A stretch of 64,000 bases of DNA from IMG/VR virus record IMGVR_UViG_3300017971_000186; one strand, given 5' to 3'. The stretch's first letter is position 1. Every line of letters begins with the position of its first letter. The position numbers were made by a program, and so were the translations under genes. The DNA is from a virus. Taxonomy: Duplodnaviria; Heunggongvirae; Uroviricota; Caudoviricetes. The notes beneath the pieces are model-generated. The model searched no databases, was not told the DNA's origin, and worked only from the letters and a program-made list of their open reading frames with translations. Positions 30,442 through 40,800 of the stretch are shown one piece after another.

Positions 30442-31788
30442 TCAAGTTAACCTCTCGAAATTGATGATCGGACCCTTTATGACTGGTCTTAAATCAGCTA
30501 TCATGTTAATATCTCTTAATCGATAAATCGGATTATATGGCACAAATCTCTGCCATTCAGATTGAAGATTTATGGAAACACCCGATTCGTAATAAAGATC
30601 ACCAGTTGATTCTACATGAGTCTCCTCTGTCTCTCCAGTAGGCTCTACTGAATTTAAAGCGATTCCCTCATACTCCAACCTATTTTTTCTCTCACCCCAC
30701 AAATAAGAGATAATATGATCAGTCATTTGTTCCATCTGCATCGGATCTTTAGCAATCACCGCTAAATCCAATGAAATTTCCCAATGACCACCATAAATTT
30801 TAGCCTGCAGTTCATTCGATTGAGAAACAATAACAGCCTGCTTATCACCCTTCTTAGCCCGACGACCAATTGAGAGGACTACTCCTGGAATTGCCTCATG
30901 ATTTTCTTGATACTCAGTAAATACATAAGGACCTGTAACATTTCCAGGAGGCTGATAACGATAATCAGCGTAAATACTATAATTGCTTTGTAATGGTTGA
31001 AGAAAAGTAATCAATCCAGTAGCATAATTAATACTGTAATCAACACCATTTTCCAAAGCCACTATTTTTGTACCATTTTTATAGGTCAACCAAATTTCTT
31101 CAGAATTAGTATCAACATTACTATTAACCAAATTAACCGTAGTCTCAAGCCCAGTCGTTTCTTCTATCAAAAGTTCATTATCAATCACATAAATCATACC
31201 TACTATAAACTGATTATCCTCAGTAAATTCAACAATATGAATACTAGGTGGTACAATAGCACGACGATTATACCATATCTTCGCAACCGTCCCAGCATTC
31301 GGAGCCTGTGTTAACCATACCTCGCTATCTTCACCATAAACAAATTGAGGCATCACCTTAGTACCATCTAGAGTCACTCTGACCTGTCCCGGACTAGTAG
31401 CATAATCAGTATTATTTGGTCCGGCAGTAATAGGATAATTCGTTGTAAATATCCTTCTAGTCGGATCTAACTGAGAAGAAACATCCTCCTCAACATATTC
31501 AGTAATATTTCCTTCATTCTCTCTCACCCATTCAATAGCTATTCCAGGATGAGTTCCTTGTTTAGCTATTTTGACATGAGAATAAAGATCTGACATAAAA
31601 TTATCAGCAGAAAGACGTATCAATGAAGAAGAAGCATTTCGGAGAATTATCCCAAATTGAACCCGTTCATCATAGGGAAATTTATTGTAAACTCTTACTT
31701 TTTCAGAAAAAGCAGGATGTTCTTTGAATGCATCTTCACTCTCATCCAAAATCCGTCTTTTTATTGCATACATCAAGCGTTGATACAT
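30442..31788 (-). CDS. Probable tail terminator/completion protein with inserted Ig-like domains
   Basis: 448 aa; upstream of sheath; C-terminal ISLDLAVIAKDPMQMEQMTD pattern typical of terminator fold. Confidence 0.55.
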   Translation of the reverse strand: MYQRLMYAIKRRILDESEDAFKEHPAFSEKVRVYNKFPYDERVQFGIILRNASSSLIRLSADNFMSDLYSHVKIAKQGTHPGIAIEWVRENEGNITEYVEEDVSSQLDPTRRIFTTNYPITAGPNNTDYATSPGQVRVTLDGTKVMPQFVYGEDSEVWLTQAPNAGTVAKIWYNRRAIVPPSIHIVEFTEDNQFIVGMIYVIDNELLIEETTGLETTVNLVNSNVDTNSEEIWLTYKNGTKIVALENGVDYSINYATGLITFLQPLQSNYSIYADYRYQPPGNVTGPYVFTEYQENHEAIPGVVLSIGRRAKKGDKQAVIVSQSNELQAKIYGGHWEISLDLAVIAKDPMQMEQMTDHIISYLWGERKNRLEYEGIALNSVEPTGETEETHVESTGDLYYESGVSINLQSEWQRFVPYNPIYRLRDINMIADLRPVIKGPIINFERLT

Positions 31789-32804
31789 TATTTTGACCCT
31801 TCATCATGGTTCATAGCGGCAATTAATAGACCCTGTGCTACTGCATTTAATGGTTGTTCTGCCATTCTAATCTCTGAAATCGGAATTGGGAATTTATCCT
31901 TTACTTCATTAAAACCGGCTTCAAAAAACTCTTTAAAATTCTTCGGCAAACTAGTTCCACCTGAAAGCACAATCGGAATAGCATTAGGTAATTCAATCGT
32001 ACCTTGACGTTTCAAAAATTCCTCTTTGATTTTATCAAGTACATATAAAACCAAACTTTTATAATAAATGATAATAGCTTCACGTTCCCGGAAAGTCTTC
32101 GGATCACCTTCATTAGGATCAAGAAGATTTATACCCTTTTCTTTTATTGACTGTATTCTACTGGAAGTAGTTCCCAGAGCCTGAGCAGCACCGTCATCAA
32201 TATTATCTCCAGCTTTATTTACACTAAAAGCCATACCAATAATCGTTTGATACATAAGACAAACATTTGTTAAACCGGCACCAAAAGAAATAGATATCGC
32301 CGAAAATTTTTCCTTTCCACAATTGCTATAAATGATTGCTGCTGCCTCATTTAAAGCAACTGGCTTGTAACCTAATGAACCAATAAGTTTACTAAACATA
32401 GCTTGGTGATAGATCACATCAGCTTCATGATCTATGGGCTCGGCAGGAACCGAATAATAACAAGTTTCATCCTGCACTTTACAATTCCCCAATATATCCT
32501 TTATCAAAACCAACAGAATTTTCTCAGCTTCAAGTTCACCAGGAGAAATAACACCCCGACTCAATGGTCTACGAGCTTCTTTCTGGAATATGTTTGCTAC
32601 TACCACTGAGGAATCACCAATTATGTAAAGAATGTCGTCAGATTCAATAAAATTTGCACCTGACATTTTCATCATGTTTTTGACTTGGGGGTTGTTCTCC
32701 ATGTCAAGAAAAGCATCCCGAATAGACTTTATTTGAATTTGATTATTATCATCATTTCTAGCACTTACAAGGAAACATGTTCCTATATCCACGCCACAAC
32801 TCAT
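31788..32804 (-). CDS. Actin-fold ATPase, volactin/FtsA/MreB-like
   Basis: 338 aa; phosphate-1 GVDIGT, LNEAAA connect, phosphate-2 SFGAGLTN, GDNID, adenosine VLSGGTS, connect-2 NAVAQG. Confidence 0.85.
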   Translation of the reverse strand: MSCGVDIGTCFLVSARNDDNNQIQIKSIRDAFLDMENNPQVKNMMKMSGANFIESDDILYIIGDSSVVVANIFQKEARRPLSRGVISPGELEAEKILLVLIKDILGNCKVQDETCYYSVPAEPIDHEADVIYHQAMFSKLIGSLGYKPVALNEAAAIIYSNCGKEKFSAISISFGAGLTNVCLMYQTIIGMAFSVNKAGDNIDDGAAQALGTTSSRIQSIKEKGINLLDPNEGDPKTFREREAIIIYYKSLVLYVLDKIKEEFLKRQGTIELPNAIPIVLSGGTSLPKNFKEFFEAGFNEVKDKFPIPISEIRMAEQPLNAVAQGLLIAAMNHDEGSK

Positions 32805-32854
32805 ACTATAACCTCCTTGATTGATTAAAAAATTTTATTTAGATTTATTATTTG

Positions 32855-33415
32855 TTATTTTTTCTTAATCTGACGAAGAATAGCAAGACTATCTGCTACT
32901 GAATCACCAGAGACTTCTTTTTCCTTTATTTTTATGTTACTCTTAAGACCTGTATCAGAGATACTTGGAGTATAAGTCGGAAATAGGAATTCACTACTTG
33001 TCGTTGTTTTCTTTGGTTTTACTTCTTCCCTGACTACACTCACTTTAGAAACTTCTTGCCGAACCATTTCGACTAATACAGGAATAACTTCTCTGACAGC
33101 ATCCTTTACTGATTTCTCAGTAGCCCCATTGTTCCCTTTCATCTCAGGGAGGACTTCACGTATCGCTGTCTTAAGATCACTGATACTAAGTGAATTGTTA
33201 CTCTCAACTATTTGATGGACAGATATTTCTCCCGAACCTCGATAGATCTCATTTTTATCTATCTTGATTAAACGGCCTTTATCTATTTCCCGTTTTAAAT
33301 CTTTAGAAAGTTCATACTGTTGATCTGTAAACTCTTTGATTTGACGGTAATAAACTACATCTTGCAGATCACGTATTTCAATCCGTTCCGGGGAGTTTCC
33401 TAATATTCTGACCAT
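32855..33415 (-). CDS. Hypothetical protein, candidate partner of the actin-like ATPase
   Basis: 186 aa; small N-domain, helical middle, C-terminal amphipathic/basic tail SLAILRQIKKK; directly upstream of actin gene. Confidence 0.75.
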   Translation of the reverse strand: MVRILGNSPERIEIRDLQDVVYYRQIKEFTDQQYELSKDLKREIDKGRLIKIDKNEIYRGSGEISVHQIVESNNSLSISDLKTAIREVLPEMKGNNGATEKSVKDAVREVIPVLVEMVRQEVSKVSVVREEVKPKKTTTSSEFLFPTYTPSISDTGLKSNIKIKEKEVSGDSVADSLAILRQIKKK

Positions 33416-33471
33416 ATATACTCCTATATATAGTCAGGGAAATATTAATACATTATCAAATTGGAGGAGGT

Positions 33472-33597
33472 AAAAGAAAAGGGAAAAATTGTGAATCTTT
33501 CCCTGAATCCCCGGAAAGAGCCGAGGGTATTTAATCATTTTCCGTACTTGAGAATCTGTGTGTGTGAGACAGCCCCGTAAAAGGACGGGGAGAAGTA
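33472..33597 (-). ncRNA. Candidate small RNA of about 125 nt
   Basis: Lies between a near-consensus sigma70 promoter and a hairpin plus U-rich tail; two internal hairpins (CCCCGT/ACGGGG, CC.CGG/CCGGG); CA-repeat linker. Confidence 0.4.
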
Positions 33598-33603
33598 TAT
33601 ATA

Positions 33604-33632
33604 ATTATAACTAATTTCTAAATGGAATACAA
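33604..33632 (-). promoter_or_regulatory. Sigma70-type promoter TTGTAT-N17-TATAAT
   Basis: -35 box at 33632..33627 and -10 box at 33609..33604, exact 17-nt spacer. Confidence 0.6.
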
Positions 33633-33667
33633 ATAAATACTACAATGAAGAAGTGAAAAACCACTAT

Positions 33668-33703
33668 AAGAAAGAAAAATGGAGGGCAACCACTCCCTCC
33701 ATT
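33668..33703 (-). terminator. Intrinsic terminator after 124-aa gene
   Basis: AATGGAGGG-N8-CCCTCCATT followed by TTTCTTTCTT. Confidence 0.75.
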
Positions 33704-33751
33704 AGAAGACCATCTTTTTAAAAACTGTATGTAAGAGAAAATCTAGCTAAA

Positions 33752-34126
33752 TTAGCTTGAATATCTTTTTAGTGAATCATAATCGATAGGTTCGGAAGCT
33801 TTCTTTTCTTTCTCTTCCTCTTCTTCACCGTTATCATCCTCAGCCTTTTTTTCAGTGTCAAGATAATAAGGAGCACTGGCTTCTGTTTCTTTGTAAGCCA
33901 TGACACCCTCACATGCAGGACAATGCACTTTGTCCTCAACTGTCAAAGCTGTTACAACTATCTTTTCACCAGCTTCTTTTGCTACAGCTTCTCTTTTCTG
34001 ATTTATTGTTGCCAGAGTTGCAGTATGATTACACTTATCACACACAAATTGAGTCACTTCATTTGCTTCTTTTTCAATTTCATCAGCAAGTTTTAGAAGT
34101 TCCTGGGATGCCTCTTTTAATGACAT
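33752..34126 (-). CDS. Small acidic Zn-binding protein with KEA/KKA motifs (possible internal head protein)
   Basis: 124 aa; CDKC and CPAC; strong AGGAGG RBS. Confidence 0.8.
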   Translation of the reverse strand: MSLKEASQELLKLADEIEKEANEVTQFVCDKCNHTATLATINQKREAVAKEAGEKIVVTALTVEDKVHCPACEGVMAYKETEASAPYYLDTEKKAEDDNGEEEEEKEKKASEPIDYDSLKRYSS

Positions 34127-34216
34127 ATATACCTCCTAGAATTATACAATTTAGTTATTTATAATCAATATTGGCAATATGCTACTATCAGCGTATTAGA
34201 AGATTATTAATTGAAA

Positions 34217-34894
34217 TTAAATAACAATATCTTTAATATGACCCACAATTATTCTCGGATCGATATAGATTTTATAACCCTTTTCTTTTATATCCCGACA
34301 GAACCCGACATCCTCCGAACAGAAATCAAAACAATCACCAAATTTATAGAATTTAGGTCTGAACCAAGGATATTTCAAAGATTCAAAAACACCCTTTTTT
34401 ACAAGCATAAAACCTAAACCAGTATAATCTACATCAATAAAACCTTTTCTACCCCTGATGTCTTCATCAGTAAGAAATTTAAAAGAAGCATTTTTTTGAA
34501 AATATTCTTCATCCCAATTTTCAACAATGGCATAATGTCTCCCATCAGCCATCTTATAAGCCCCGGCTATAATATCCATATTTGAGTTCAACAAAGATTG
34601 AAATTGAGCGGGTTTAAATGCAATATCATTATCAATCCACATTAAATGTGTGTAGTTTATCTTACCATCAAAGGGTTTCTGATTCTCCCCTCTCAAAACA
34701 TTTCCACCTAAACACATGTTTCGAACAAAATAAACAACAGGAGAATACCGCCTAATTATTGTATATCCGATATTCTGCCTGTTACAATAATCCAATAAAT
34801 TAAAAAAACAATCGAAAAACAAAGCTGGAAAAGATTCCCCTGAAAGGAGAAAGACTACATGAGGTGGTTGGACAATATTCAGATTTATATTCAT
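34217..34894 (-). CDS. GT-A fold (GT2-like) glycosyltransferase
   Basis: 225 aa; LMWIDND (DxD), DIIAGAY, TGLGFMLVKKGVFE, SEDVGFC, IYIDPRIIVGH. Confidence 0.85.
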   Translation of the reverse strand: MNINLNIVQPPHVVFLLSGESFPALFFDCFFNLLDYCNRQNIGYTIIRRYSPVVYFVRNMCLGGNVLRGENQKPFDGKINYTHLMWIDNDIAFKPAQFQSLLNSNMDIIAGAYKMADGRHYAIVENWDEEYFQKNASFKFLTDEDIRGRKGFIDVDYTGLGFMLVKKGVFESLKYPWFRPKFYKFGDCFDFCSEDVGFCRDIKEKGYKIYIDPRIIVGHIKDIVI

Positions 34895-34904
34895 ATGATT
34901 CTCT

Positions 34905-36407
34905 TTAAAATTTACGCTTACCTGGTAATTTCACCTCTTTCACTTTTGGTTCATTACCGAAATGATTTTTATATGTCATATTATACATGTCTTTACCACA
35001 AAGAAGAGCAAATGTAAATGGCATCTCTGTCTGAGCCAACATGCACATTCTAGTCACCACATTTTTTATATCCCATTGAGCGTGATTATCCTCTCTTAAT
35101 CGGGACATATGATATAACTCACGAGCATTTACCCGAATTATGACCCGTCTTTTATGAGCATTTGTTAATATATAAGGAGCTACCAATGGTAAATCTTCGT
35201 ATACCTTAAAAAATACATCATCTGTCTTTTTAATAATCTCCTGAAATCTCTTTTCCATACCAATCTCTTTAATCGATTCTGGAATAGTCACACCTCTGTT
35301 CGGATTGTATGGTTGAGCAATAATAGAAGACATACGATGACGTTTTAGTTGACCAAAACAAGAGGAAGATAAACAGACTTCATAGGTAAGATTGGCAAAT
35401 TCGTATTCTCTGAGGGCCGAATCATATAATTGGGCATCTTCCCAAACAGCATTAACAATTTTATCAGTATCCTCTTCACTCATATCATAAACAAATGTTA
35501 TGACATCTTTATAAGGGATATTCAGACCTTTATAAAGTAATGATGCAGCTATAGTTTCATCTGCTTCTTCATCAAATTCAATTAATGAGACATCTCCTTC
35601 CAAAAATGAGACATGGCTTCCATTAAATAAATCACGTCCTACTTTTTCAAGTCTAGGATATGTATCACGGTCATACTCATTACCTTCATGGAAAATAATT
35701 ATAGAAGGGGCAATTTTTTCCACCTCCTGGTAAATTTTTCTCCCCAGTTCCTGGACTTCCTGCAACGGATTAGAAGCAAATCTTCTTAACATCAGTTCCA
35801 AGTTTCGGGCATTGACGGTCACTCCAACCTGAGCTTCAGTCGCAATGCTTACTAAATACCTGGCATCTTCCTTTGCCCAACCTTCTAATAAATTCTTATT
35901 CTTTGGATCACTGGCAAGATCAGCATGCTTTTTAAAGATATGTTCTTTTAAAGCACCGTAAAATTCATGGTATGCTTCATTCTGCATTTTAATAGTTTCC
36001 CTAAATTCATCTTCAAACTTTGATCCAGCAATCTCAGGAGGAACAACATAGTCATCATCAAGGGTTATATAACGTTGAGATTTTTCTGTATATGAACATA
36101 ATCGAAATTTTTCCAACTCTTCAATAGCATATCGAGAAAGTCCTACAACATCAAGATTAAATACAGCATGCTCCGCTACAGAATGATGGCCCATTTTAAA
36201 AATGATACTTGAATTTGATTTCCGAGCTTTTTCTACTTCGTTTTTAGAATCTAATCTTAATTCACCAATTGGCCGAGGATCCCGACTTATCCGGGCATAT
36301 GAGGCAGATAAAACTTCTGGGGTAAGATCATCCCGTTTACCGGTGATTTCTTCCATCTCCCTAAGGACATTTGTATCGACATTAAATCCTGCTAATGTTA
36401 CATCCAT
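34905..36407 (-). CDS. thyX: FAD-dependent thymidylate synthase, tandem two-domain form
   Basis: 500 aa; GHHSVAEH, SYTEKSQRY, EDARY, NARNL in domain 1; KRHR, NARELYH, R...HAQWDI in domain 2. Confidence 0.9.
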   Translation of the reverse strand: MDVTLAGFNVDTNVLREMEEITGKRDDLTPEVLSASYARISRDPRPIGELRLDSKNEVEKARKSNSSIIFKMGHHSVAEHAVFNLDVVGLSRYAIEELEKFRLCSYTEKSQRYITLDDDYVVPPEIAGSKFEDEFRETIKMQNEAYHEFYGALKEHIFKKHADLASDPKNKNLLEGWAKEDARYLVSIATEAQVGVTVNARNLELMLRRFASNPLQEVQELGRKIYQEVEKIAPSIIIFHEGNEYDRDTYPRLEKVGRDLFNGSHVSFLEGDVSLIEFDEEADETIAASLLYKGLNIPYKDVITFVYDMSEEDTDKIVNAVWEDAQLYDSALREYEFANLTYEVCLSSSCFGQLKRHRMSSIIAQPYNPNRGVTIPESIKEIGMEKRFQEIIKKTDDVFFKVYEDLPLVAPYILTNAHKRRVIIRVNARELYHMSRLREDNHAQWDIKNVVTRMCMLAQTEMPFTFALLCGKDMYNMTYKNHFGNEPKVKEVKLPGKRKF

Positions 36408-36524
36408 ATATTATTCCTTTCTATTATTTTTTATATAGATCCTTATACTATATATACTGAATGAGCGAAGGATAAATTAAGATGTTTTTTGAGCAGTTCT
36501 TGTAACTTCTTCAAAATCAATTAG

Positions 36525-37892
36525 TTAATAGGTAATATTTTCGAAGGTTACTGTACGGCCTCTAATGATCTTGTCATCAGGAATTTCAGGCTTATCGTTT
36601 ATTGCTGGACTTGCATCAGTCGGAGCAGTTTCACGATAAGGATCATATGAAGAAGGCACACTAGTTTCCCCACCTTCAATCGGTATCTGATATCTAATAT
36701 CTCCTTGGTCAATATAGCTCATAGTAAAATGATGCTGATAAATACATCCTCGTGATCCCTGAGGAGTCACAGGACCTACAACATAACGCTCATTATTCTG
36801 ACGAACAATAACATCACGTTCATTTAGAAGCGGATAGGGACCCATCCAAGTTGCCCAATCGTAAGTAATATGAAGTCCCATGTCCGCTAATTCTATCATC
36901 TTCTCTGACTCTGGTGGTGCTATTATCACATCATAAGGACCATCATACCCACCTACAATATTAGTACCATAACAATCAGTACAATCATTATAGCTTTGTC
37001 CATAATTTGTCTGATGAGATGGACACTTTTCTCCCATCCATCTACGTATAAATATCTTCACTCTTTCACCGCTCTGCTCTAATAACCAACGATTACGTAA
37101 AATTCCTTCTCTCCAAATATAATCAATCGATTCTACATCAAAAGCAGTACGTGATGAAACCTCATCCAACGGAGTTTCAATAAAAGAAGCAGGATCATCC
37201 GGATCTACTGCTACTGTTGTCACTTTATAATAAATTCTTTGATTTAATACAGTAATTACCGAATGTTCTAAATATCTATATGTAATTCTGACGCGACCAT
37301 TAGGTGGATATGGTAAACGTGGAGGAACTATTTGGCTAACTTCGTAATTATAAACAGGAGTTCTTATAAGTACAATTTCACCTGTTTTTCCATTTACAGA
37401 AAAAGCTGGTACTTCAAGAAATGTACCATCACCATTATCTATTTCAAGTAAAATATCTTGAACTCTATCAGTTGTAACACCATTTGAATCAGGTCTTACT
37501 ATAGGTCTTCTTTGAGCCCATACAGACCATTTCTCTTCTGGAACTAAATCATGACGTATTGTAGGAGTAGCATTTTCATTTGTTACCAAAGTTTCTTTTG
37601 TCTCATCACGATAAAAAAGTACGGTAACGGGTGTCTCATTAATTTTTACAAATCTGAAAGGACTATCAATAGAACGGTATACATTACATCCTACAATATT
37701 TAATCCACTATTTTGTGGAAGAATATTAGGATTATCCCAACGAATATCCAATTTTCCAACATCATAAGGACTTGTTACCATAAGATTTCGGGGAGCCAAA
37801 GGCTTTGTTAAATCTGCAACCTGAGGTCTTAATGGATAATTCCATTCTGGCCTATCAGTATCTCTTAAATTTCCTGAATGATATACTGGCAC
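36525..37892 (-). CDS. Probable head-completion/neck protein with N-terminal FN3-like domain and Zn motif
   Basis: 455 aa; SGERVKIFIRR..GEKC...CTDCYGT..VGGY..PY, PLLNERDVIV..NNERYVV; placement inferred from synteny. Confidence 0.5.
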   Translation of the reverse strand: MPVYHSGNLRDTDRPEWNYPLRPQVADLTKPLAPRNLMVTSPYDVGKLDIRWDNPNILPQNSGLNIVGCNVYRSIDSPFRFVKINETPVTVLFYRDETKETLVTNENATPTIRHDLVPEEKWSVWAQRRPIVRPDSNGVTTDRVQDILLEIDNGDGTFLEVPAFSVNGKTGEIVLIRTPVYNYEVSQIVPPRLPYPPNGRVRITYRYLEHSVITVLNQRIYYKVTTVAVDPDDPASFIETPLDEVSSRTAFDVESIDYIWREGILRNRWLLEQSGERVKIFIRRWMGEKCPSHQTNYGQSYNDCTDCYGTNIVGGYDGPYDVIIAPPESEKMIELADMGLHITYDWATWMGPYPLLNERDVIVRQNNERYVVGPVTPQGSRGCIYQHHFTMSYIDQGDIRYQIPIEGGETSVPSSYDPYRETAPTDASPAINDKPEIPDDKIIRGRTVTFENITY

Positions 37893-37894
37893 TA

Positions 37895-40800
37895 TTACCT
37901 CTCTTCATATATAACTAAATTACGTCTCTCAGTTGAGACAGCCAAAGGCTTATCTAAACCTTGAATATTCTCAAAAGAATCAGCTATTGCCAAGAATTGA
38001 GACGCATATCCTTTACCATAAATGCAATTATGACTAAATTCTTCGTTAGGTGTATCCATTGTAAATGATACATTCCAGTTACCGGTATAATCTCCTACCA
38101 AACTTCTATTCATTAAAGTATTCCAAGTACCATCATAAGCCTTTAGAGTAAAGAGACCATTCTCAAGAGTGATGGAAGCAGTAACAGCCAATGATAAAGG
38201 TCGATCCAAGTAAACAGCTCTTAAAACTTCACCTGGTTCTATTTCACCATCCATTGTCATACCATCCCATTTAATTTTAGAATCTTGGACATAGAAATCT
38301 TCACCGAAATCCTGCGTATTACCCCCAACAACATTAAGAGCTAAATTGGTACAATCAGATCCCTCTGGAATATATGATAATTCGGCATATTTATTTCGAG
38401 TATGATCCGATGTTACAGGAATATATTCTACAACAAAAACATCTGATTCAGTAGTATCACCACTATGTGCCACAGCACTACATATAACTGTACTATCAGT
38501 ATTTATAACACCAGCAGTAAACTGTGATTCGTTATAACTAATAAAGGCTGTTGTATCAGGTGAAGTTACTCTAAGAGTTATTGGATCCACAGCATTTCTT
38601 AAATTAGCCCTTACTTCAAAATCACTGGTAAATTGAAAAGTCGATGTGGCTGTAGCACTGTTCGATCCGTCATAGGTAAAGTTTAAGAATCCTCCTCCTG
38701 CGAATACTTCTGAATTTCCTGTATAATCAAATTCCCATGGTGTTGGATCATATTCAGTTGTACCATAAGCTCTAAAATCTTTTTGTGCAAAGAAATCCTC
38801 ATAAACCCTTTTTGAACTATTGACTGCAGCGGTCCGGTCAAAGGCAGGAACGATTACCCGATCCTGAAGGCCATCAAATACTGGATACTCTCCAGCCATA
38901 GCTACAATGTTATCACCCGAATTTGATTGAGACAGAGCCATACTAATAGTTCTGTATGGTAAATCTCTTGATCCAGTTCCACCTGTATTGGTCCCGTCCC
39001 CTCCCAGATCAGTGCTATCACTTCCACTCGGTGATACAAAAATTGCCTGATTCTGGTTATAGTTACTATAATGCCCATGAAGAACAAAATTATTTAATGC
39101 TTTCTTTTGTAAAGGACCGTAGAAAATTACTCTTAAAGTATCTCCCGCTGAAAGGAAACCATCAAGATCATAAGTATCCCATACAAGATGACCCCATTCT
39201 ACTATGTAATCCTCTCCCTGAATTTGTGCCGAACTTCCTATGATATTCATAGCTACATGGGAAGCATCATCTGGTGCAACAAAACTTGGCAAAGGAACAT
39301 ATTTATTTGAAGCATCTTCTGCATCTAAAGTGATATATGAGACAAATTGTTGTTCCGGTCCTAAATAAATATAGAGTTGATTTAAATGTATATCCTGTGA
39401 TCTCAGATTAAGATAGAATGAATCATAATGACCACCATCAATACGGACAGTAGAATCAGCATCTACCATAGCTCTATCTAAAGTCCGGAATGGGTCAGTC
39501 TGTCTTCCGAAATTCCAATAATCATTACCATGACTTGATACATAATAGTCACTTGTTATTTTAGTACTGTCAATATATTGGTATGCTCCTATTTCAGCAC
39601 TACGAATATCAGCCCCATCAAAATCATAGAGATAATCATTATATGTAAGTGACCCTGTTCCTATATTAGGAGATCCAGTATTTAAATGGAAATCCTTTCC
39701 AATTCGGTCATAGTATAAAGGATTTGCAACAATATTGTTAGTAGCATCATCTGGGGTCCTATTATATTGTGTCGTATTAGGATAAAAGTTATTATAATAA
39801 GAACCAAACCATGAATCTGTTGAAACAATGACTGGCATAACACTATATGTCAAATTATTTGACGACATAATAATTGATGAACTTGAATCAATCAAGAAAT
39901 GGGTCTGATCATTGTCAAAAGTATTACATGAAAAAGTCATATCAGTTGTTAAATTAGCTCGAACTGCTACATCTGCATTTGATATAATATTAGCATAAGC
40001 ATAAGGAGCAATTCGACAAGATGTAAAATCAAGACCAAAATCTACATCCAAAATTTTATTTCGGATAATTCTAGGATCACATTTGACGAAGGTTACAGCA
40101 TTACTTGTATCTGTAATTGTGTTTCGAGATATTTCATAATTACCATTCTCAACTACAATACCTCTACTACTATCAAAAATATGCACATTTTCTACGATAC
40201 CTTGACTGCCATAAAATGAAAGAGCATCTCTTTCCCAATTAGAACCTGTTGAATCCTGGACATTTTTCGAAGTAATTCCAGCAATACTTCCTTCAGCTCC
40301 TCGTATGGTCAGGTCTTTGCGGGATACTTTAGTAGGATTATGAGTTCCATCATACAATACAACTGTACTTCCTTTTTTAGCCCAAGCCGTGGCTACAAAT
40401 AAATTTTTCAAAGGATCAAGCTGTCTTCCAGAACAGGTATCTGAGCCATAATTAGGATCAACATAGATAACCGGTTCAGTTGTTTCTGCATTACTTAAAA
40501 CTCCTTCATATACTCTTACATTATCGAAAGCTACAGTAACCTCATTTGTTGGCGGAGCATTATATTCATATTGATATCTGACAACATCACCCCACGCTGC
40601 AAGGGAAGCAAAATTAGAAGCTGTATAATCCCATTTCAAAAGATAATTATCTACATAAAAATCTTCTCCATAGTAATGAGATGTACCAGTAATAGAATTC
40701 ATAGCAACGGCTGATTGATCTATAGGAATCCCATCCATATAAAGATATTGATTTGAAATATCAAATGCAGTTAATCTTTGATATCTTGTACGTAGTGAAT

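Noticed and set aside
33430-33540. 34-codon ORF MIKYPRLFPG... in the candidate sRNA region
   Set aside because: Weak RBS and it runs through the terminator-like hairpin; kept only as an alternative explanation
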